From positions 128,032-192,031 of the forward strand of contig CAJWLF010000001.1 in the NCBI GenBank assembly GCA_913043205.1: a DNA stretch of 64,000 nucleotides. The letters are read 5' to 3'. The stretch is from an uncultured Chloroflexota bacterium (lineage in GTDB: Bacteria > Chloroflexota > UBA11872 > VXNJ01). The notes beneath the pieces were generated by a model. The model had not been told where the DNA came from, did not search any database, and worked only from the letters and a program-made list of their open reading frames with translations. Shown here one piece after another: positions 57,717 to 64,000 of the stretch (position 1 is its first letter; each line of letters opens with the position of its first letter). Both the position numbers and the translations under genes were made by a program.

Positions 57717-58712
57717 TTAAGGGTTTAAGTTCCTAGCGATGTGGAGGAGCCAACACACTCGTTCTAGAGTTGTGTCCAGAGTCACATGGATCGGCTGATC
57801 CTCAATTTTCGATATGGTTGGTCTCCTGAGCCAAACGCCGTCAGGTGTTTGGGTATCGATGAGCATAGTGGCCACCTGCTCGGCAGCTACCTTGAAGTTC
57901 AGTTGCTGGGTTGCCAGAAACAATTCAGAGCAACCCCAGCCAACCTTTGCTGCTGTTAGATCATTGAAGGCTCCGGGAGCACATTTGTTAGCCCAGTCGA
58001 ATAATATGTCGCATGTAGTTAAAAACGACGAGTCTTGAGTTGTTTGGAATAGTCTCGCCAATGCTGCCATACATATGCCAAGAGGCCAATAAATCTGGTG
58101 TGCAGCGCCTAAGTCTAGTTTGTATCTGGATTTGTCAGATTTGGCATAGGTATCTATCCAATTCCCATCCCATGATTGGCGAAATAATACGTACTCAGTA
58201 GGATCTGGTTGCGTCGCAATCATTCTCTGTACTAGATGTTCTCCGGCCAAAATGGCTTGATTTGTCATGCCAAGTTCAAGCATTCCTAGGAGGGTAGCAG
58301 AGGTTGTCGCAAGGTCGATCTCACGCTTTTCGTTTGCAATTGGTTTCCGTGCTAATACCCCCCCGGTTTCAGGATTTTGCATCGAGTTTAGATGTGCAGC
58401 TAACGAAGGTCGCAAGTTGTCGTTGTCGTCTGGCGTAGTTCCCACAGATAACATTGCATTTCGAAAAGTAGCAACGTTAGATCCAGTATCGTTGGTCCCT
58501 TTATTAATGTCGCCATCTCTCACCATAGTCCGCTTTACATAACTCAACGCCGCTTCTGCTAAGTCAGGAAAGCCTGACATCCTAAATGCGAGTGGTGCTA
58601 AGTAATACGCTCCCACCTCATGACTTGCATCGCGGAAGGATCCGTCGCCCTTGAGTAACGATCTTGCCCATGTCATGGCTGATTGGGCTGAATCTTGGTA
58701 AACACTGATCAT
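57717..58712 (-). CDS. Hypothetical protein, probable alpha/alpha barrel
   Basis: 331 aa helical ORF with QNPETGG and QTPDGVW motifs resembling QW repeats. Confidence 0.65.
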   Translation of the reverse strand: MISVYQDSAQSAMTWARSLLKGDGSFRDASHEVGAYYLAPLAFRMSGFPDLAEAALSYVKRTMVRDGDINKGTNDTGSNVATFRNAMLSVGTTPDDNDNLRPSLAAHLNSMQNPETGGVLARKPIANEKREIDLATTSATLLGMLELGMTNQAILAGEHLVQRMIATQPDPTEYVLFRQSWDGNWIDTYAKSDKSRYKLDLGAAHQIYWPLGICMAALARLFQTTQDSSFLTTCDILFDWANKCAPGAFNDLTAAKVGWGCSELFLATQQLNFKVAAEQVATMLIDTQTPDGVWLRRPTISKIEDQPIHVTLDTTLERVCWLLHIARNLNP

Positions 58713-58733
58713 GAAATTGGTTTGTCGACTAGG

Positions 58734-58949
58734 TTACCGAGCGTTTTTGGGGGCATGTTTTGGCATAACCTTTCCGCAATTTGCCCTACCTTTTAAGTGG
58801 TGTGAGTTTCCTTTACGTATCACCGGTGTCGTATGTGATCGAATTTCACCTATGCTTGTCTTTAACTGCTGCATTTCAACTATTGTCCAGAGTGAAATAC
58901 TTAAAGCGATAGATGCCAAGATAGCTATCAGCCAGTAGGGAATATATAT
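58734..58949 (-). CDS. Possible small single-pass membrane protein
   Basis: Hydrophobic IPYWLIAILASIALSISLWTIV followed by a basic tail; start unclear (ATA 58949 or TTG 58919). Confidence 0.35.
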   Translation of the reverse strand: MYIPYWLIAILASIALSISLWTIVEMQQLKTSIGEIRSHTTPVIRKGNSHHLKGRANCGKVMPKHAPKNAR

Positions 58950-59109
58950 TCACAAATCCTTACTCCAAGTCACATTCAGATGTGGATGGCTCTAATGCCC
59001 CCTAAGCAATGTTGGCATAATATCTCCCTATTCGTAAACTTAGCCGGAAAGCGTGGTAGTCGAATATTGGCAAGTTGGTGATCTGAACGCTATATCGGAG
59101 GAGGGTTCT

Positions 59110-60510
59110 ATGCAACAACCTAACGTGGTGATGATTGTTGCTGATGACATGGGGTACGGGGATTTCGGAATGTTCAACCAAGGTCCTGCTCGTACTCCAA
59201 CGATAGATGAGTTGGCGCGTGAAGGGATATGTCTCACGCAACATTATTCCGGTTCTTGCGTGTGCGCTCCTGCCCGCGCGGCTCTGTTAACGGGTCGATA
59301 TCCACATAGGACCGGGACCATCGACACTCTAGAAGGACTTGGACTGGATAGATTAGGGATTGAAGAAGTCACGATTGCGGATCGGCTTAGGGGGGCGGGA
59401 TACCGGACTGGACTAATCGGTAAATGGCATTTGGGAGCTCTGGATGAACGCTATCATCCTAATGCGCGAGGATTTGATGAGTTTGTTGGATTTCGTGGGG
59501 GTTGGTCGGACTACTATCAGTGGAGGCTCGATCGCAATGGTGCAATCGAAGAAGGGGATGGGAGCTATTTAACTGATGTTTTGGCCGCTGAGGCCAGTAT
59601 GTTTATAAGACGTAATTCTGAAATGCCTTTTTTTGTTCACGTGGCCTTCAATGCGCCACATACCCCTTTGCAAGCACCTGAAGAGTTTGTGCAAAGATAT
59701 AGGGAGTCCGGGATGGAGGGTGGAGTTGAATATATTTATGCCATGAACGAGTGTATGGATAAAGGTGTCGGACAAATTCTAAGTACTTTGGATGAGGTAG
59801 GTTGCACAGACAATACGATTGTTATGTTTACGAGCGACAATGGGCCACAAATGAACGTGGGATATTCATATATCGATGGCAGGAACATAGATACCCGTAG
59901 ATTCAATTGTGGATTTAATGGGGCAAAGGGAAACGTCTATGAGGGTGGTATACGAGTGCCTATGATCCTGAAATGGCCAGGCCGACTGCCTGTAAACACC
60001 CATTCAGATGCATTTGTGCATTATGTTGACTGGGTGCCCACATTACTTGACTTTATAGGAATAGAGTATCAGTTGGATCTTCCGTTGGATGGAACAAGTC
60101 TTGCAACCGTTTTGAGCGGCAAACTCCAGCAAGAACAGCCCGTTCGGTTTTGGCAGTGGAACAGGTATTCACCGGTAATGGAAAGCAACGCCGCTGTACG
60201 TGATGGCAGGTGGAAGCTTATTCGTCCGAGAATCGATGAGTATATGCAGGTAAAGGCAGAGCACTCTCAGATGGATAGAGATCTCAGATATAGTCCTGAA
60301 TTGCATACGGCAGCGCATATAGGGGACGAGCCAATTCGCGACATTCCTAAAGCGGCAGCGATAGAGTTATACGATTTGAGACAAGATCCATCTGAAACTA
60401 CTAATTTGGCGAATGCTCATCCAGAGAAGGCGGAGGAATTAATGTCAAAGCTCGCGCTTTGGTTTGATGAAGTGGAGTCTGAAAGAATTCGCAAAGTCGA
60501 CTTCGCATAG
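59110..60510 (+). CDS. Arylsulfatase (Cys-type)
   Basis: PNVVMIVADDMGYGD, CAPARAALLTGR, GKWHLG, APH, SDNG, YEGGIRVP; GGAGG SD before ATG 59110. Confidence 0.95.
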   Translation: MQQPNVVMIVADDMGYGDFGMFNQGPARTPTIDELAREGICLTQHYSGSCVCAPARAALLTGRYPHRTGTIDTLEGLGLDRLGIEEVTIADRLRGAGYRTGLIGKWHLGALDERYHPNARGFDEFVGFRGGWSDYYQWRLDRNGAIEEGDGSYLTDVLAAEASMFIRRNSEMPFFVHVAFNAPHTPLQAPEEFVQRYRESGMEGGVEYIYAMNECMDKGVGQILSTLDEVGCTDNTIVMFTSDNGPQMNVGYSYIDGRNIDTRRFNCGFNGAKGNVYEGGIRVPMILKWPGRLPVNTHSDAFVHYVDWVPTLLDFIGIEYQLDLPLDGTSLATVLSGKLQQEQPVRFWQWNRYSPVMESNAAVRDGRWKLIRPRIDEYMQVKAEHSQMDRDLRYSPELHTAAHIGDEPIRDIPKAAAIELYDLRQDPSETTNLANAHPEKAEELMSKLALWFDEVESERIRKVDFA

Positions 60511-60577
60511 CTTGTGTGTTTGTAAAACGAACCGGTAATAGTGTTGGTGTGACAGCTACCTGTTGTATATGGCCCGA

Positions 60578-61282
60578 TTAAGGTGGTGGGTGTTTCTCTG
60601 TGCCAAAGGCCCGGTCACCCGCGTCGCCTAGTCCAGGGATGATATAGCAATTGTCGTCTAGCCCTTCGTCTAGACTTGCGGCATAAACATGGACGTCTGG
60701 GTGTGTGGTGGCCATGGCCGATACGCCTTCGGGAGCTGCTACCAGACATAAAAGTCTGATTGATATACAGTTCCTGTAATAGTGATCCTTGATGACTCTT
60801 ATTGCTTCTATCGCCGATCCGCCAGTTGCAAGCATTGGATCGACTACGATGTGATAGGAATCGCAAGATTCGGGTAGTCGTGTCAAATAACGTACTGGCT
60901 TATGTGTATTCGGATCTCTGCGTATGCCTACGTGTGCCGTTGCGGATTTAGGAATTAATTCGCATACGGCATCGGCCATGACAAGTCCTGCTCGAAGAAT
61001 GGGAGTGACTACGATCTGAGAGTCGTTGGTTCTAGCGGCGTTGGTTGTTGCTAATGGAGTGTTGACTGACTCCCATGTGATGGATAAGTCTTCTGTGGCA
61101 GCTGGGAGTAACAACACTGTTAACTGCCTAGAAGCTTCTTTGAAGTCATTATTTCTGGTTGACATGTCTCGTAAAGTTCGCATTCGATCTGCGATCAGTG
61201 GATGTTTAACAACCGTTAGGGTATTGAACGTAGTAGGGTTATTGGAAGTATTGGTTTTTTGAGTTGGCATTGTGTTTTTCAC
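60578..61282 (-). CDS. upp: Uracil phosphoribosyltransferase
   Basis: HPLI, PILRAGL, DPMLATGGS, APEG, YIIPGLGDAGDR. Confidence 0.96.
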   Translation of the reverse strand: MKNTMPTQKTNTSNNPTTFNTLTVVKHPLIADRMRTLRDMSTRNNDFKEASRQLTVLLLPAATEDLSITWESVNTPLATTNAARTNDSQIVVTPILRAGLVMADAVCELIPKSATAHVGIRRDPNTHKPVRYLTRLPESCDSYHIVVDPMLATGGSAIEAIRVIKDHYYRNCISIRLLCLVAAPEGVSAMATTHPDVHVYAASLDEGLDDNCYIIPGLGDAGDRAFGTEKHPPP

Positions 61283-61432
61283 TTTAGTCTCAAACTACGT
61301 CAATTCAAAATTGCAGTTGTTCTTGTTTGCGATATGGGTTAGTAAATTTTAGGGTGGATCGTTGGAATGCAGCTAGGACGCTTGAAGGCTAAACTACGGC
61401 GGAGATAGAGTCATGGTAATGGATGACGAAAC

Positions 61433-61537
61433 GTGGATTTATTTACATTTATACTGCTTGCACTGTTTGTTTTTGCAATGATATGGACCGGTGTAAAAGT
61501 AGCGATTTGGGTCAATAAATTGGGTTCATGGAAGTGA
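61433..61537 (+). CDS. Putative 34-aa single-pass membrane peptide
   Basis: GTG..TGA gives MDLFTFILLALFVFAMIWTGVKVAIWVNKLGSWK; below the ORF-track cutoff; weak SD. Confidence 0.4.
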   Translation: MDLFTFILLALFVFAMIWTGVKVAIWVNKLGSWK

Positions 61538-61657
61538 TTCTTAGGTTGTAGTACTGAATTGCCATAGCTATGGCTGTCAACGGTACCATTTATTCTGCAG
61601 CTACCAGTATTGGGACTGATGGCAGATTGGGGTATGCCGTATGTACAATGCACATCT

Positions 61658-61733
61658 GCCCCCGTAGCTCAGTGGACAGAGCAACTGCCTTCTAAGCAGT
61701 GGGTCGTCCGTTCGAATCGGACCGGGGGTACCA
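61658..61733 (+). tRNA. tRNA-Arg(TCT)
   Basis: GCCCCCGTAGCTCAGTGGACAGAGCAACTGCCTTCTAAGCAGTGGGTCGTCCGTTCGAATCGGACCGGGGGTACCA; stem ACTGC/GCAGT, anticodon TCT, CCA end; TACAAT 8 nt upstream. Confidence 0.96.
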
Positions 61734-61770
61734 TTACAATGTATTGTTCAGAAGCTTGAATGGCGGACTC

Positions 61771-61789
61771 CAATAACTGCGAGTTATTG
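61771..61789. terminator. Hairpin between convergent tRNA-Arg and TIM-barrel gene
   Basis: CAATAACT-GCG-AGTTATTG perfect stem; no U-tract, so the function is uncertain. Confidence 0.3.
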
Positions 61790-61908
61790 AGGCAATCCTA
61801 TTGGTGCTCGCTGTGGTATTTGCGTTGACTCGGTAGTAAACACAAACGTCATACAGCTGCACGTTTTGGATAATTACGATGAGTTGTTGAGTGAGCCTGG
61901 GTGTGGTT

Positions 61909-62781
61909 TCAAAATACCTGATTTACAAGCTTCTGCATCTCATCCACTCCCGACCACAGGTCGCGGGATTCTCGGTATTGTACTCCTGGTAGCCCTCCTA
62001 AGTACATAATAGGTCCATCAAAATTGTTGTCTCGGGCGATTTGCAGACAACGGATAAAATCGGTGGAATTGATTGAGTTATCTGAGTTTAATTCAACCCA
62101 AGCATGGACGGATGTTGCGTGGGGTATCAATTGGGTTAAAGTCTCAAATTTGTTGGGTCCCGACGCGTTCCCGAAGTCGGCTATGAGACCGTATTTGCGA
62201 TTGGATGTTTTTATGATGTGGAGCAAATCCTCCGGATTATCCGTCATACGCTTCCAGTTTTCCGTGGCTGGCGCAAGTTTTAGTGAATTGGCATAGTCTG
62301 CTAAATCAGTGAAAGCGGCAGCACTTATGGCAATTGTTTCTGCTGTCGGCGATCTATCTCCAGGGACATAACGGACACCGGTGGCTCCTAAGTGAGAGGC
62401 GATTTCCATCCATCTCTTTGTGGTAGACATGCTTTGGGATTGCTCCGTCTTATCGATGCTGCATACGTTACCGACGTCAATCAGTACTTGAAATAACTCG
62501 ACCTTATTGCTCTCGAACTCTGATCGGAGTTCATCCAGGTAAGTTTTTTGAATGCTAGGGATATGCTGGTTGCATAGATCTACCGTGTGTATTCCATTGT
62601 GGTTTAACGCCTTTGGAAGTTCAATTAGTGGCAATAAAGGATTTTTCTCAAAGGTTTGTACTGAACTGTAAGGGTTCGGCCCAAGCTCAACGTCGTTAGC
62701 GTCTTCAGTTAATTGATACCATGGGTTTCCTAAAAGATCGGACAAATGTATCGATGCTGTTGATAATGCTGGCCTGAACAT
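61909..62781 (-). CDS. Sugar phosphate isomerase/epimerase (xylose isomerase-like TIM barrel)
   Basis: WMEIASHLGATGVR, ATEN, DFGN, SVHA pattern. Confidence 0.75.
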   Translation of the reverse strand: MFRPALSTASIHLSDLLGNPWYQLTEDANDVELGPNPYSSVQTFEKNPLLPLIELPKALNHNGIHTVDLCNQHIPSIQKTYLDELRSEFESNKVELFQVLIDVGNVCSIDKTEQSQSMSTTKRWMEIASHLGATGVRYVPGDRSPTAETIAISAAAFTDLADYANSLKLAPATENWKRMTDNPEDLLHIIKTSNRKYGLIADFGNASGPNKFETLTQLIPHATSVHAWVELNSDNSINSTDFIRCLQIARDNNFDGPIMYLGGLPGVQYRESRDLWSGVDEMQKLVNQVF

Positions 62782-62902
62782 AACTTGTCTCCGGTGCGGT
62801 GGGTTGGGGAATGGTTTACGATTACTTAAATATATTACTATTTTCTATGACGACCCGGATTTATTGGTGGATCCTTCAAGTTATCTAAGGAGCGTTTTGT
62901 AA

Positions 62903-63343
62903 ATGGCAATTGATGATAATGCGGCCGAGCAGGCAGTGGCGTCTATGCGAAGGTGGCAGGATGCGTTTAATTCCCGGGATCCGTCACTTCAGGTTGCTGA
63001 AATGCATTTTCCTCACCATAGACTTGCCGGGTCAGTGCTGAACACTTGGGTTACGGCTGACGAGTGGATTGCCGGACAACTGGCAGTAGATCATCAACTC
63101 AGGAATGAAGGTTGGCAGTACACCAAAATTGAGTCAATTAATGCCATTCAAGGTAACCCAGAAAAGATTCATTTAGTTATACGAATGTCTAGACGTGATG
63201 ACAACGATGCCGAATATATTGGTTTTGATACGCTGTGGATATTCACCAAAGTCGATGGTCGCTGGGGGGCAAAATTACGATCATCCTATTTGGCGTCTTC
63301 AAATCAACTTGCCGGCACTTTTCAAGATGATCAGAATTCGTGA
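62903..63343 (+). CDS. NTF2/SnoaL-like protein
   Basis: WQDAFNSRD, HFPH, LWIFTKVDGRWG..RSS; AAGGAG SD. Confidence 0.7.
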   Translation: MAIDDNAAEQAVASMRRWQDAFNSRDPSLQVAEMHFPHHRLAGSVLNTWVTADEWIAGQLAVDHQLRNEGWQYTKIESINAIQGNPEKIHLVIRMSRRDDNDAEYIGFDTLWIFTKVDGRWGAKLRSSYLASSNQLAGTFQDDQNS

Positions 63344-63378
63344 TAGAAGAAGTCATAGACTGTTAAGGTGGTTGGTTG

Positions 63379-64000
63379 ATGGAATACAGGCGATTGGGAA
63401 GAACTGAGCTTGATGTTTCCGTAATCTCACAGGGATGTGGAGGGCCTAGTCGATTAGGTCAAAATACCGGTGTTGATCAGTATGGCATTAATGAACTCGT
63501 AAGGTGTGGGATTGAATCAGGCATCAATCTGTTTGATACAGCAGCTGCTTATGGAAGCAGTGAGGAGATATTGGGATCGGCTTTAAAGCCCTTTCCCAGG
63601 GATGACTTCCTTTTAGCTACTAAGTTTTCTTACAATGATAAAGGTGGCCTTCCGAACGATATTGTTGGTGTGGATCAGGTTCGTAAATCTCTCGACCAGA
63701 GTCTTAAAAAACTGCAAACCGACTATATTGATGTGTATCAAATACATGGGCTTCAATTGGCACATGTTGACGTGGTGTGTAATCAACTTGTTCCAGAGCT
63801 TGAAAGACAGAAGCAGGCAGGAAAAATTCGCTTTATTGGGGTCACTGAGTTATGGGGTCGTGATGGTGACCATAGAGCCTTGCTTAACTGTATACCCTGC
63901 GGTCGTTTTGATACGGCTATGGTGGGATATAACCTACTTAATTCTTCTGCTGATGATGCCCTATTTGATATGTGTATAGAACATGACCTCGGTGTGCTTA
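63379..64000 (+). CDS. Aldo/keto reductase (3' end beyond the window)
   Basis: Translated by hand: MEYRRLGRTELDVS, GINLFDTAAAYGSSEEILG, LATK, SLKKLQTDYIDVYQIHG; missing from the ORF track. Confidence 0.92.
   Translation, partial: MEYRRLGRTELDVSVISQGCGGPSRLGQNTGVDQYGINELVRCGIESGINLFDTAAAYGSSEEILGSALKPFPRDDFLLATKFSYNDKGGLPNDIVGVDQVRKSLDQSLKKLQTDYIDVYQIHGLQLAHVDVVCNQLVPELERQKQAGKIRFIGVTELWGRDGDHRALLNCIPCGRFDTAMVGYNLLNSSADDALFDMCIEHDLGVL

Noticed and set aside
63635-63979. 114-aa ORF from the track
   Set aside because: Out-of-frame shadow of the aldo/keto reductase starting at 63379.
61658-64000. Genomic island at tRNA-Arg
   Set aside because: Downstream genes are metabolic, with no integrase or att repeat visible; an island extending past the edge cannot be excluded.
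1-64000. CRISPR array, rRNA, IS elements, defence systems
   Set aside because: No spaced direct repeats, rRNA-like tracts, transposase, cas or restriction-modification motifs seen; intergenic gaps are all under about 400 bp.

Overview
Gene-dense chromosomal window (about 60 CDSs and 2 tRNAs). I found no CRISPR array, integrase, transposase or prophage module. The organism is probably a Chloroflexota heterotroph; this is an inference from the YFPETGH/GYPISEE repeats, the Arg-type EF-P, gene order, four sulfatases and a luciferase-like oxidoreductase. In order, the window holds: a secreted SpoIID/LytB-domain protein running off the left edge (absent from the ORF track); an alaS - baseplate-J-like - ruvX - mltG - Xaa-Pro peptidase - efp - accB-like operon; secDF; an amidohydrolase-fold/Rieske pair; MTHFR-like and DUF4914-like genes; sulfatases; two CNNM/CBS genes; tRNA-Pro; secG; hpt; argA; pcrA and an ATP-dependent ligase; a TCA cluster (aconitase, sucCD, mdh, frdABCD); upp; tRNA-Arg; and an aldo/keto reductase running off the right edge. 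The most striking signal is an intact but catalytically stripped SdhA/SdhB-like pair between sucD and mdh. Its flavoprotein has lost the covalent-FAD His and most dicarboxylate-site residues. Its Fe-S subunit keeps the four [4Fe-4S] ligands but has lost all three [3Fe-4S] ligands and most [2Fe-2S] ligands. A canonical frdABCD lies on the opposite strand about 1 kb away. Other apparent pseudo-enzymes are a BCCP lacking the biotinyl-Lys and an alpha/beta-hydrolase lacking Ser and His. All calls rest on by-eye motif recognition; no database searches were run.
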